From positions 28,458,001 through 28,522,000 of the forward strand of contig CM126224.1 of the NCBI GenBank assembly GCA_052327205.1: a stretch of 64,000 nucleotides of DNA. Direction: 5' to 3'. Each line of letters opens with the position of its first letter. Positions within the stretch are counted from its first letter, which is position 1. Shown piece after piece: positions 1 to 12,758 of the stretch. This DNA comes from Somniosus microcephalus. Taxonomy: Eukaryota. Position numbers and translations under genes: made by a program. Below the pieces are notes generated by a model that had not been told where the DNA came from, made no database searches, and worked only from the letters and a program-made list of their open reading frames with translations.

Positions 1-19
1 CCATTCTTAATGGATGAGC

Positions 20-290
20 CCAAACAGTGAGTCTTAGAAGGCTATTTGACCATAGGGGAGCTCACAGCTGCAATCCACCTGTTCCTCACCCAACATGCAC
101 TCCAACAGCAATTGCTACACAGCAATCAGGAGTGGGAACTCAGGCTGATTTTTTCCATTCCCTAGAGTAGGGGCCACCAGTGCCACTTGGAGCACTCCTA
201 TTGCCCTCCCTGCTAAAACAGCACAGATTGCGAATCCCAGTCTGTGTGGCTCAGTCCCACACCATGCAGTGCAATCACTCGCAGAGTCTT
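20..290 (-). mobile_element. Old shark SINE-like fragment, related to 37050-37292
   Basis: Shares 'ggctgattttt(t)cc' and a '(a/g)tggctca' head-like segment with the copy at 37.1-37.3 kb. Family unassigned. Confidence 0.45.
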
Positions 291-600
291 CAGGGTGGTA
301 GGAGGAACTAAACAGAATTGCTGCAGAATATTTTTGAGGAGCTTATGGGTTCTCCTACGTGCAAAAGTAATAATTGCTCTCTCTAGCAAAGGATTGAATA
401 CCAGAGAAAACAAATTAAGAAGTTAGGAGTAAGAAGGGAAGTCGGGCAGAACTTTTTCACTGAAAGGGTAATAGACTTGTGGAATAGGTAACATGCGACA
501 GCCACTGAAGTGGGCAGTAAAAATGGATCTAAAGGACAATGAAATGTACCTCTGCATAGAGATGTGTTGAGAGATATGCTGAGAAGTTGAACCAAATTAA
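291..600 (+). mobile_element. Degenerate CR1 LINE 3' fragment in lhx2 intron 4
   Basis: Remnant 'agaactttttcactgaaagggtaatagacttgtggaataggt' matches the NFFTxRVVxxWN motif at the CR1 ORF2 C-terminus. Confidence 0.6.
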
Positions 601-759
601 CTGCTTTTGCTCAAAAAAACTGTTACATATGTGTGAGGTCATGTTAGTTTAAATATAAATGTAATTATTATTCTAAAAACCAGTGAAACTGGGAGAATAA
701 AAAAGGACAGATTGCCTGAGAAACAGAATTTGAACAGTAACTCAATAGAGGTCTCTTAC

Positions 760-965
760 CTGCAGAACTCGCTTTGTAAGCCCCGTTTTCTGTGCTAGCT
801 GTTTCAGGTCCTTGGCATCAGGATTGTGGTTAATGGCAAAATAAGACTTCATGGTCCTCAGCTGGTGGTGTTTGAAAGAGGTGCGCATGCGCTTTGTCTT
901 CTGAGTGGGAGGATACTGCTGCTCTCTGTCCATGTGGTCACCGTCATTTTCATTACAACTTAACG
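760..965 (-). CDS. lhx2: Lhx2 coding exon 4, homeodomain N-terminal part (ALSCNENDGDHMDREQQYPPTQKTKRMRTSFKHHQL...TKRVLQ); last exon outside the window
   Basis: Acceptor TTTTGTAG|CG, donor CAG|GTAAGA, 206 nt, phase 1 to 0. Joins exon 3 in frame and ends just before the expected VWFQN helix-3 exon. Confidence 0.97.
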
Positions 966-1402
966 CTACAAAATATTATGAAGATATACTGTAAATTTAA
1001 GAAGAAATTTTGAATAAATGTGATTACTGCCTAAAAATATATTCCACTGCTGATTTAATAAAAACTTTGTTCTTTGCATCATTGATTCATTTAAAGTCCC
1101 ACTGTTTGCTTAAAAATGTATTTGGTTTGTGATTAGCTTTGTCTTTGGACACGCGTCTGATTTAACAAGCGTTACGCTGAACAGAATTCAATGAGAATGT
1201 TTCAGAAATGAAAAGAATGGACTGATTTAGAGTTTGTTGCAAATTAAATGAAATTAAAACCAAATAATTGCGTAAAAGGTATCACAATGATTGCGGCTGT
1301 CTAATTTTCCTCCCCTCCTCTCATGCCTAGGTACCTTCCCAAATGCACGAGCTACCCTTCAACACCTCACCCACGTGTTTCATGCCTGAGCCTCGACATT
1401 GA

Positions 1403-2056
1403 GGACGAGATATTGGACTTGCGTCCAAAACAGGCAGAAAGTCGGTGAAGCAATTGCTTCACATGCCAGTCTGTGCCAGCCTGAGACCCGAGCCAAATTC
1501 ATCAGCGGGCCTCATTTGAGTAAAACCGGCAGGCTGCGGGCGCCAATTGCTCGTCCCCACGCAGCTTGTCGGCTGTGGCCTGACAAAAGCTGGCTAGCTC
1601 CAACACTGGACTGGCCCGTGGGTAGGTCCAGGAGGGGTGGGGAAGAGGTGCGAAGTGAAGTTGGAGGGAGGGCGAGTCTGGGCTAGCAGCAGTCCGCAGG
1701 AATTTTGTGGAACCAGGAGAAGCTCTCCTGATCCTTCTAGCTCCACAGAAATGTAACTTTTTTAAAGTTTTGTGGCCATTTCTTGAATGATCCTGAATGG
1801 TCCCTTTCAGGATCGCTGGTTAAGCCATTTAAGACCTGGTACAACTAGGGGGAGCTTGCACAGCGCAAGCTCCGCCTACTTTTGAGTGGTGTTGGGACCC
1901 TGATTTACATATGCAAAGGCGCCGAATGCCTATTTCAGGCGAGTGCCCTACACACCTAATAGGGAGATCAGGTGCACGAGGTCATCATCCAAAATGTGCA
2001 GGCCCGGCCACCATCTTAGGCCCGAGAAACGAGTGAAGATAAGTTGAATTTCTCCC
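1403..2056. mobile_element. GC-rich PIF/Harbinger-like MITE, related to 49542-50094
   Basis: Right end 'gaatttctccc', TGA on both flanks, degenerate left TIR. Internal 'tccctttcaggatcgctggttaagcc' resembles 'tccctttaatgatcactggttaggcc' at about 49880. Confidence 0.55.
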
Positions 2057-3151
2057 TGAGTGTCAGTAGGATATTCAACCTCAAGGAACATAACAAATGT
2101 TCTCATCCGTCATGCTGATTTGTTAATTTAGCACCGTGCTTGAACAGTAAAATTACAATATATCAGACAGGTTAATCATCGTGGTCGTATCACCTTAAAG
2201 ATCAGATAAGAATAAAATTCATTCATTTGTTATTTTTTAAATTATTTCGAAGAATTACACATATTGTTTCAATCTGCTGGATCTTATAGTTCTAGCAAAT
2301 TAGAGCTTGATCTGAACATTGTTCCATTAAATTACAGACTGGAATCATTATTGCCTTTTTGGTGGTTGTAACATTACAATGTGACTATTTTTAAGTTCCA
2401 TCAAAGACGCAAGCCACAATTCGCCTCTTCAACCTTAGAATAAAGTAGGGAGGTATCATTTATAAAATGTTAAAAGTACAAGAAGCAGTGATTTTGATCT
2501 CTACATTTATTTTAAACCCTACTGTCGTGGAAACACAAAATCCGTATTACCGTAAAAATGATATGCTCCCACCCCCCAAAATAAAAAGCCAGGGCCTTCT
2601 TTTGCACATCCCATTGCAACAAGTTGCTTACAAAAGCCAATGTTTCCATAAACCCATTATCAGAGTTATGCATCTTCAGGGACTCCAGTATAGTATTTCT
2701 GTGGAATCGTCCAAAAATATTAAAGAATGAAAGTGTTTTACTTTATTTGGGAGACACAGTTAATAATGGCATGATTTGTGTGCTCTCTCATTCTGCCCAG
2801 CTGTTTATTGTAACATCGAATGTGATTGCCTCAATTAAAGGAGTACTGTCTTCACCAATATATCCTTGGACAAACCTTTTGTTTGGGGGAGAGAGAAGAG
2901 CCAGAACAAACCCGCATCATTTTCATTGTAACTAGATCAGAAGTTTCAACAGATTTTATATCACAGAATTGTGAGTTTGTTTATAAACAAAACAAAAAGA
3001 GTTTGTTAAGCATTTTTACATGGGGTGGCTTCCCCTTTAATATTGTCACAGAGATCTGTGAAGATAAAGAAATCATTTCAAAATGCAATAGGAACTACTA
3101 TTGAAAATGATTACATTTAATTTCAACTTATTATGAATTACGAAGTCTCCA

Positions 3152-3639
3152 CAGTGGTAGCATTTTCGCCTCTGAGTCAGAAGCAATGTTCCCTCCAATT
3201 TTTTTTTTCTGGGCGCGGTCCCTTTAAATTTGCATGCGCAATATCTTCCAGCGGCAACAGCTTGTGAGCGGCCGGTGCGGGACCACCCAATTGATGCGCG
3301 GCCGCGAACCCGCGCACCTTGGGGGGCAGGGGAGCATTGGTCAGAAGGTGCTGGGTTCAAACCCCACTCCAGACAGTCCTAGGGAAACCGGAGCTCTGGC
3401 TCCGAATGCTGGGCTGACATCCAGTGGGAAACGTGTCCGGTGGGTGTCATATGGGTTGTGGGAGCCCATAAAACCCTCCTGCCGTATAGGACTAACCACC
3501 CCATCGGCTGGTATAAAATTACAGACATGGAAGGAGCATCCATATCACAGCCTGTCAGGCTGTTAATCAGCCTGCAAGTCCTTCCACCACTTCATGCTAT
3601 TCTCCAAGGGAGGAGTGTGAAGATGCGAAAACAACAACA
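3152..3639 (+). mobile_element. tRNA-headed SINE with (AAC)n tail, interrupted by a hAT MITE
   Basis: Head 'gtggtagcattttcgcctctgagtcagaag..gtgctgggttcaaacccc' has a B-box. Tail 'aaaacaacaaca'. Flanking direct repeats aagtctcca (3143-3151) and aagcctcca (3640-3648). Confidence 0.7.
3184..3339. mobile_element. 156-bp hAT-type MITE
   Basis: TIRs caatgttccc / gggagcattg (9/10 match). Perfect 8-bp TSD GTCAGAAG at 3176-3183 and 3340-3347. Removing it restores a contiguous SINE head. Confidence 0.85.
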
Positions 3640-4689
3640 AAGCCTCCATCACTTGACAATATCTCTATCAATTTTGATTATTTCTTGTTCAACTGCTAAC
3701 ATTTTTGCCGATTCCAAAATGGCGGTTGATATTTTGACATTGAAAGCTTTCACTAATCTACAACTCAAATGTAAAAAAAAGACCTCAGCGAGTGTACGAG
3801 GATCCGAGACAAATGAGAACACAGGGTTTTATGTTCTTTCCCTTTATTCTATTACAAATGGTGCAAATGTAAACAAATGATATTTCATAAATAAAAAATC
3901 ATAAACTATGAATCAAAATGTTCCTTTAAATTATAATTATAATACTGCATATGTCCACTTGCTACAGTTTCCAGATGTCAAAGCTTAAATTGATGACATT
4001 TTTCAGCATTACTTTCTAAAGAATGACTGCAATGAGTACAGAGAGAAAATCTGCCTGATTGAATTTGGCTGAACTGAAGACCTGACAACTGAAACGTCAC
4101 AGAAATATGGAAATGTATTTAAGATTGCTAATAAATTGTGATAAAATCAGGAACTTATTTTAAACACAGAAGTCAACAATGTTTTGCTGTAACCAGCGCT
4201 TCAGGAACTTGAGTTGGACAAACAGGTAACAGTGACACAATAAATATCAGACAATGGGAATGAAAAGAACTATTCATAAAAATAGTTGTTTTTTTAGATT
4301 CCCAGCGCCATTGCCCCCCCAGCTAAGAGAGTGGGCAGAACATCTGCTCCCAAGATTTTGCCAATGTCACTCTGGTACAAGGGAGCACCCAGCGATGACT
4401 TGCCGTTCCGTTTTCCCTACGCTTCCCCCCTCCCTGCAGTAGTGTCTCCATTCAATATCTCCTCCCGGTCATACCCGAGATTAGAAAGGTGCCACTTTCC
4501 ATCACTGCCATACAGCGCCATGCAGCAGCAAAGCAGTGTGCCCAACTTAGAGTTGTATCTTTAGTTATTGAACACATTTTGCTGAAACGTGTTTGTTTTC
4601 TTATTTTAATATCACCAAGTGTTAATAGAAATGCCATAATGTTATAACTTCCTGCTGTGTTAACAGTAAACCTCTGCAATGAATAAAAG

Positions 4690-4738
4690 GTGACTGTGAC
4701 TCATCAAAAGTGGCGTACATTTACGTAATTCATATTTG
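4690..4738. repeat. 49-bp exact direct repeat, copy 1
   Basis: gtgactgtgactcatcaaaagtggcgtacatttacgtaattcatatttg, identical to 6436-6484. Confidence 0.95.
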
Positions 4739-5264
4739 TCTTACGTGTATATTGCCATATTTAATATCTGTACATTTGTGTTAAAAGAAAACACTCATCA
4801 ATACTTCAAAAATAAATCTTAGTAATCTGGCACCCTTGATGGATTTCGGCTCTTGTACCCTATGTCTTTTGGTCTAAGATGTCCAGTAAAGGCTCCTATC
4901 TGTAATCTTTTAGCTCTCAGAGATATAGATTTTTGATGCCTTAGACCGTCAAACTGCAGCCTCCATGCAGCCTTCCTTCCCAGCAGAATTTGAATGCCTT
5001 CTAATCCTGTGCAGACAGCAAAATACTTTAGGAAACATTGTTCTGCTTTAACCATTTCACAAATTTCCAAATTAAAGCCCACTACGCAACATTTTTTATC
5101 CACTGTCTCAAAGCCTTCTTTCAATTTCCATGCAAAATAATGTTTATTAAAATCCACGCTATTTCCAAAGTGGGTGGTAGTGTATCATAAAAAATTACAG
5201 AGATGGGCATGATGCAAGGTAGGGAGTTAATTGTTCAAGGGGCTAAATACATGTCCAATGTTGT

Positions 5265-5537
5265 AAAATATCATTAGAACGGAGGAGATTAGATTAAATG
5301 TAAGAGATTTAGGACAGCGATCAGGAGAACTTTTCTACACAGAGGGTTGTGAGGCTGTGGAATGCACTACTGCAGTTAGTGACTGAATCAGAGACCATGT
5401 CAACATTTAAGAATAGGTTAGATAGGTGGTTGAAGGAAAAGGATATTGGAACAAGGTGAACACATGTAATTAGGACTATTGCACATTTGGAGGACTAGTT
5501 GACCAAACAGCCTGTTTCCATGTTGTAATTTCTATGT
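5265..5537 (+). mobile_element. CR1 LINE 3' fragment
   Basis: 'aggagaacttttctacacagagggttgtgaggctgtggaatgcactac...tttaagaataggttagatagg', ending 'gcctgtttccatgttgtaatttctatg'. Confidence 0.75.
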
Positions 5538-6127
5538 AAATTTGTGCTCCAGTACAAATTGCTACTAAAGTTTTTGTAGTTTATTATTTAAAGTGAATAG
5601 AACTTGACAGTAAAAATATATCATCATTAAACGCTACTAGGTTAAGTGATTCCTTCCCATTTTGCAAGTTCAGTTTTACTCTGAAATCAGTGCAGATTTT
5701 TCTGACTGTAATGACTTTAGAACTGAAGGAAGAGCATTTCTTAAAGTTGCTTAGTCTTCATATTTCCCCCCAGTGCATCATTAGGAACTAAGGAAAGCAA
5801 CCTATTGAAAAATGTCCTTCCTATTAGGTTTCTGCGAGGCATTTCATTTCAGCAAGTCATGGTTTATATAGTCATAACACCGATCTCCACTCTTCATCCT
5901 CGTGTTCCTGACAATCAGAGCCAGAACCCAGAGGCAAGAAATTAAGATCAGTGAAAGGAATACACAAGCCAGACCTTTCTGAAACTGACCTCTATTACAA
6001 TATTGTGAATTTCTTTATAGCAGAAGGCACTGGTAACAACATTTTTGATTGGTCAGATTCCTAATTCCAAGGTATAACATGGAAAAAAATAGTACTGTAA
6101 TTACTGTGGCTGTTTTTGAGAGTATAT

Positions 6128-6427
6128 TACCCTCTGGTGAATACTCTTCTATCCATGTTCTCCTCTGGCATGTTCACCTCCAGGCAACGTGCCCCTACAG
6201 CTAAGATGGACCACCTGCCTGCAGGCCGCAGCCACCAGGCTTGCTCCATTGGTCGGTCATGTGATAACCATGGTGACACTGCTTGCAATTTATTGTCCTC
6301 ACGCAGTACCACTGAGATCTGAAACTCAGGCAAGTGAGAGCTCAAACCTGCACCGCTCCACTCTGTGGGAATGCTCACTGCTGTTTCAATGGCCAGTGTT
6401 ATTTTGTCAACCTGGGGCACCGCAGCT
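6128..6427 (-). mobile_element. Possible old tRNA-derived SINE
   Basis: GC-richer island whose minus-strand 5' end has A/B-box-like motifs ('ggtgccccaggttg', 'caggtttgagctc'). Weak match. Confidence 0.35.
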
Positions 6428-6435
6428 TTAAGAAA

Positions 6436-6484
6436 GTGACTGTGACTCATCAAAAGTGGCGTACATTTACGTAATTCATATTTG
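6436..6484. repeat. 49-bp exact direct repeat, copy 2
   Basis: Identical to 4690-4738. Confidence 0.95.
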
Positions 6485-9400
6485 CTGGCATTCATTTCTG
6501 CGTCACGTGCAATGACATGATTCAAAAACATGTCATTGGACAAAGCGAGGAGACACAAACATGCCTCAAGGATGGGCTGCGTTGTACTTGAGAAGGCATA
6601 ATATGGCACAGTTCTGAAGTCGTTCATAAGGGCAAACGGTTCTAAAGGAGAAGTGATGCACTTTTATTTGCTATTCACAGTATAATTACCCTATTTTTAA
6701 TTGTAGAACTAATGAAATGTAATAGTAGCATTACATTATTTCAGAAATTAAACGATCACTGTAATCAATTGTTTTCATACTTCTCACAATGTTCAGCAAC
6801 TTTTTTCCTAAATTATATTTTATAGGTTAGCTAATGTAAGAGAGCTGTGTTCTGAAAAACGTCAAAATGGTCAAAAGCTTAAAATGTTCTAGCATCTGAT
6901 ATTACTGCTTACAGCTATTCATAAAGCCACAAAATGAGGTGTTCCTTTTTATATGTATTTCCCAATATTCAAAAAGTCTTCTTTCGGTAGAAGTTATGCC
7001 ATTATACGCTGAGAAGTTTTCAGGCAGGTCTAGTTCAAAGCACAGCTACAAACAATCTGCTCTGATAGAAACTCCCAGGGAAGGAAAGTGGACAGCAGCG
7101 GCAGCGGGATTTTCTTTTACAACTTATATTTTTGCTGTTGCATTAATTTTTTTATGTTGCAATTCCAGATTATAATATTAACCTCATAACATAACTGATC
7201 AGACCACGACACAGAGCCTTGCTTGGAAACTTCTTGCATCTTCACCGGTCTTTTTAATCAGGGACTACAAATGTAAACAGCTTTCTAGGGCTGAGCAAAT
7301 CTTCATTCTTAAGGCTGAAAAGTGCTGGTGGGTGGGGGGGGGGTGGTTGGGTTGGAAAAAAGTGAAATGGGACCAAATTTTGAAAATGGTATTTTTGTTA
7401 CTGAATCGCAGTCTGGTGCCTGAGCAACTCAAGGCTGGCAACCGCAGTACTAGAAAAGCCTCAAGGGGGAGACAGTGTTCCAGAGTCGGTGGCCGCTTTC
7501 ATATTTCTGCCCTGCTTTAACTAACTTTCCATTAGAAACATTAATGAAGAAAATAATTAAAGATCTCCGTAGCAATTGTCAGGGATCGGCAAAATTTAAA
7601 AAAACACAATATTAAAGCCCCTGTCTACAGTTAATAAACGATCGCTATCAGATTCTCACGGCCCCACTTTGGGAAACAGCTCTGCATTTGATGTGCCTCA
7701 GCATAAAACTAGTTGCTGTTCAATTATCGATCGAGCATTTAAAAATTAACCACGGTTCACCACATAATGATCTTGCAATTTACAGCCTGCTGTTAAAAAG
7801 CAAGTGGAGGTGTTTGGACCGCTGTGATCTAGGGGTTTCCTTTCAATTAGAAAAGTTCAAAAAGGGTTAAGAGCTCCCGAACTCGACTAACAATGCTGAA
7901 TTATGGGAATCTGCTTACACTAATCCACTTCTGTATTATTCACTACATCACACCGACAGCCAATATACAATTACATTCCCCCCCCCCCCCAAATTATGAA
8001 AACTACCAGGATATTTATTCGATTTAGTGCTGTACACGAAACAACATTCTGTTTAACCGTTTTATTGCTGCTGCATTTCCTTTCGAGCAACTGGCAAGAG
8101 TACTGCAACCTTTAATAGCTAAACTTGGTCATCTCCCGGGTGTCGCCCGCTCTGTTACATTAAAGCTAAACGCTGCAAGAGCTATTTACATTCTTCGAAA
8201 TTCAGCTTTGTGCTCGAAACGCGCGTTTTGCATTGATTTGGCGCTGCAATGTGAGAACAGTTAAAAAGCGATGGTTATGTCACAGGTTTTAGACTTTCCG
8301 AGCCTGACATGATCGCATATTGAAGAGAACGCACGTTTGGGGTGAAATTCGTTAATTATTAACATCAAATCAGTGCAATGGCAAACAGAAATGTAAGTCC
8401 GACAGATTAAAAATTGGGGATAAATTAACTGGATTATTTTTTTAAAAACCAAGGAAACACGTAACCAAATTCTGTAACAGCAAGGGCGAGCTTGATGTGG
8501 ATAAATATTTAACAGACTTGGGGAAAAAAAGTCCATGAGAGGTGCACTTTTCCCTTTTCCCAAGATCTGTTCCTCCACTTCAGGTCAGTTTCCTTCAATT
8601 AAAATCAACTAACCAGAGTTAGCTCTGTACTGGGGCATTGGGGAATAGATGTAAATACATCACCGCCGTAAAGTAACGAGAGAAATCCGAAGTGTACAAG
8701 GGCTTGAAACGTCTGTGCAATCTAATACTAATGTCATCAACTGCAACTGTTCTTTAAACTTTACCGTCTATTTCATTGGAGTCACTAACCCAATACTCAC
8801 ACATTTAATGTTTCCTGTCAAGCCAAAAAAAATCCCATCTATTTGTTAAATATTAAATACAACTGGTGAGGAAATCAGCTTAATCAATCTTGTTCTTCAC
8901 TCTCTGTCCGAAACCTTTGCTGGAAGTGCATCTCTCCTTATATTAAATCAACCAACTGGTGGTTTTTCTCTTGCAGAATTGTAATATCCCGTTTTGTGTG
9001 TACCAACAAGGTGTTTAGTGATGGAAATATGTAATTATTAGGCAATAGGCTTTAATTAGCATAATTGAAGCCTGTTACTGGGAAGAAGTGGATTCGGTAA
9101 TGAGTTAAGCATGAATATATTGACAAATTTATAGAAAACCGCTGCCTTGCACCTTATTGTCAGGAAAGACCTTTAGTAGAAAAAAGGTTTTAAAATATGG
9201 AAGGATAATTAAGCATTTTACAAAATGGTATTTAGTGAAGGATTATCCAGAACCACGAAGCTAATTTTAAATGGCATATTTAGCAAACCAATATACAAAG
9301 AGTTTCTCCACGAAAAGCGGGTCTACAAATGTGTGTACCAGAAACAGGAGTCTTTTTAAACTGGGGGGGAGGGGGGATTTAGGGAGCTGATAATTACATG

Positions 9401-12399
9401 CAGTAATTTGGGGGAGGTGGTGATTACATATAGTGACTGCAAGATCTGCTACATGTTTAGTTCATTTACTGCAAAATAAATTCTGTCTGGCTGGTGAGTG
9501 CGTGGTACTGTGGGAAATATGAATATCTGTACCATGTAAATGCAAATGACTATTAATGATTTTCGCAACTTACAGACTATTAGAAAAATGATTATTAACT
9601 ATGTTGATTTTTTAATAGTTCATGAAATGAATGCATTTGCGTTCTCTGTAACACTAATCTTTCCCCAATGGTTACTCTTGAAAGTGTTTAAATGTGCAGT
9701 GATCGTGTCAGCTTTTAGTGGGTCTTGCATACTCCACACAAAAGAATTATTTGATAAATAATTGGTTATGGAATTTTGAATACATTAATTACAACTCCTT
9801 CAAATCTTAAACCAGTTGAGTCCGGATTTGGTAGGGGGGGGGTGACGTTGTGGTGACGCTACCATAAAGATAAAAGAGATCTTATCAGAGATGATCTTCA
9901 AACATTGCAATGGAGTTCGAGCCAATCTGATGTTCTTTAGCAATTCGGGGTTTTTTTTATCTGCTGGGAATCCGCCGAGGGATTTGCCGTTTTGTACAGG
10001 TGTTCAGTTCTGAGCTAAAAGCTTGTTCCACAAGGTTTCACCCATTGATTTACTGACCCACCAACACTGTAGGCCTCCCGGAAAGCCGTCAGAAAATGCA
10101 TCCCCCCCCCCCGCCCCCCATCCCACTGATGGGCACAAAAATGAAAGTATAAAAGAAGAACCTTGGCAAAGGAGGCGTTTGAAGTTCCGGCCTCCATCTG
10201 AGCTGTTTTCCACTTGTCAGCCTCCATCTTCGTCTAAAATCTGCCAAGTCCTGCCAGACTCCCCACCAGCCCCCAACCCCCCTCCGCCGCAACCCTCTAA
10301 AGACTAAAGCTTAATGTGGTAAAAGTCTCAAGTAAACTCCTCGAGTCTTTGAAGGGGAATTGGTGCCGTTTAGAGCAATGAAAGGTTCTGATGCAATCAT
10401 TGCAGGGATTGCTATTACATTGGGCCGCATTCTGTCCATATTATAATGAGGATGCACTTGTAATTATTATGTCCGGGTAAAAACTACATGCTATTTTTTC
10501 ATTTCCAGTGCATTTAAAGACTTTGCATTTAAAGACATTTGCTGAGTATAATTTAACACTAATTACTGTAAACTCCAGAAATATACAAGACCTGTAGATA
10601 TTACAATTCATAATACCACTAAAAGAAAACTCCAATCAATGCTCCAATCAGATCATTTTTGGAACCTAATACAGAATAGGAATAAAATATCTAAGGATTT
10701 ACTGGCGGCAAACCACATTTTTTGAAGTTTCGAAGCAGCACTGTGTGTTTCTAGAACATGTAATTATTGGGGGAGAGAATACGAGAGGGGGAGTAGGAAG
10801 TGTTCCCATTGTAAAGCTCCTAAAAAGAGTCAATCATAAGGTCAGCCTTTTCTGTTAGCCCGTCCTGTTCGCCACTAGTTCCCAGGATTTAAGACATACA
10901 GGCGACCCTAAATAAAGATACACCAGCGCCGCCTACATCATTGTCTTTCTTACCCCAAAAAACAAGGGTAAACCGCCTCAATCTACGAGAAGTGTCACTA
11001 AACCAAACACATCAGCCATTCCGGTCGGATCCGAATTCCCTTTCATTTTGGAGACGCACTTTTTTTGTACGAACCCCCCTTTTTTCTAATTCGTAATATC
11101 GCGCCATATCTTCAGCAAACTTTTCTAATGCTCTTTCTGACACAATTGAGAGTCTGAGAATCAAAGTAACACAAAGTAACAGGAGAGAGAAACCGAGGGA
11201 TTTTCTAGATACAACATTTTCAAAAGTTTCTGCCATTCGTGTTAAAATAATCAATGTTGTGGGGGGGGGGGGGCGGGGGGGGGGTGGTAACGAAATCATG
11301 TTTACATTTCAGACCTCCTCAGAAATGTTCCCAAACGCCCTTTTCACAACTGAATGAAAAGATACTCTGGAACTTTCCGCACGCAGCGAGCTGGGCCGGT
11401 TTTGCTGATTATGAATCAATAAAATTCAACTCAGTGCAATGCCCCCCTCCAAAACGAAAGGATCTCGACCACTGTTTAAATGCCAATATCGTGTGTGAAA
11501 CCCAATCATGAAAATCAACAATTCATATCCACCTTTTCTAACAGTTTCTTCTCAGTCTGAAAGAGACTGAAGGGGACAGTAAGAGGATGAGCCATTGCAA
11601 TCGGCTCACCGTCATTCCTACACACCAATACTTCCAAATGAACTGACTCCTTTACAAATAAGTTCCCCCCGTTTTGTTTTTGACGCAATTTCTGAAGTTG
11701 GGTGCCTCTTTCACTGTGACACAAACAACCTGAATTCCCAAAGCGCTCTTCCCCTGCAGGAAGACCTCTCAAAGCATAACATCAGACTTCCAGCCTAAAC
11801 TGGAAAAGTGTCTCTTTAAGAATAATGACGTGTATAAATAGCTCAGTAAACAAGACGTGAAAAGATGCTGTTGGAAGTTGGAGGGTAGAAAATCTAACAG
11901 AGAAAAAAAAAACCGCAAGTGGTAGTTCTGTCCCAAAGCTTCATTGGGTCGACGCCAGCGGGTTCCAGATGGCAAAGAGACGGTGACCCTGTTGTTGGAA
12001 TAGGAACACTGGATCTGACAATGGCATTCTCTACTTACATTTGTCATTAATTCTAAGCCACGAACCGTCGGTCCAAACACAGGAGTTAGTGACTCGGTTA
12101 TTAACCACTGTTTTTTATTAGTGGCTACATCCCAGTTACAACAACGTGTTGGCGAATTAAAGCAATAGTGTCACCGTGAAAGTGGATGTCACTGTACGGT
12201 ATTCTAAAAAAAAAGGTTCAATCTCCAGGGTGTTCGCTTCGTAGTTGTAAAAGTGATCGTTTTGTTTGTTACTCGGCAGGCCAAAAAATGAGACCCTGCA
12301 TCAGCACAAACACCAACTCGTTCCATCATCCGCAGCCACTATAACCAACCCATCCTTTAGAGTGCTGGTTGTGCTTGGTGGAAGTGTAGAAAGTCCTAC

Positions 12400-12758
12400 C
12401 TGCGTTGTAAGCTGCTAGGTCAGCCCCCGGTCCTGGGCTCTTTCTCTTGCGGGGTCGTCCTTTCTGCACAGTGCCCATCCCGTTATAGAATGGCAGCCCC
12501 AGGGCAGCGCCACTCTTGGAGCCCACGTCCGTGTGATTGAAGTGAGCCTGGAATTCTCCCTGAATCAGAGTCTCGAAGTGAATCCTGCAGTATACCAGGC
12601 TGTCCTTCATGCCAAAGTGATCCCCGGTTGCCAGCATTTTGTTGCAAGTTGTGCATGTGAAACAGTTCAAGTGATAGACCAAGTCTCTTGCTCTCATCAC
12701 CATTTCTGATGCCGAGATCCCGAGGTGACATCTGGCGCACCGCTGCACGGAGAATCTC
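12400..12758 (-). CDS. lhx2: Lhx2 coding exon 3, LIM domain 2 and linker (RFSVQRCARCHLGISASEMVMRARDLVYHLNCF...GRPRKRKSPGPGADLAAYNA)
   Basis: Acceptor CCCGCAG|G, donor GCAG|GTAGGA, 359 nt, phase 2 to 1. DLVYHLN and SPGPGADLAAYNA distinguish Lhx2 from Lhx9. Confidence 0.97.

Noticed and set aside
742-759. Read-through of exon 4 (VRDLY*) giving a homeodomain-truncated, Lhx9alpha-like isoform
   Set aside because: A strong consensus donor CAG|GTAAGA is present, I saw no nearby minus-strand poly(A) signal, and a quick intronic stop is expected by chance.
3152-3372. tRNA gene
   Set aside because: The A/B-box-like sequence is a SINE head interrupted by a MITE, with no complete cloverleaf.
6127-6627. 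166-aa minus-strand ORF in intron 3
   Set aside because: No recognisable domain; it overlaps a probable SINE and the 49-bp duplication.
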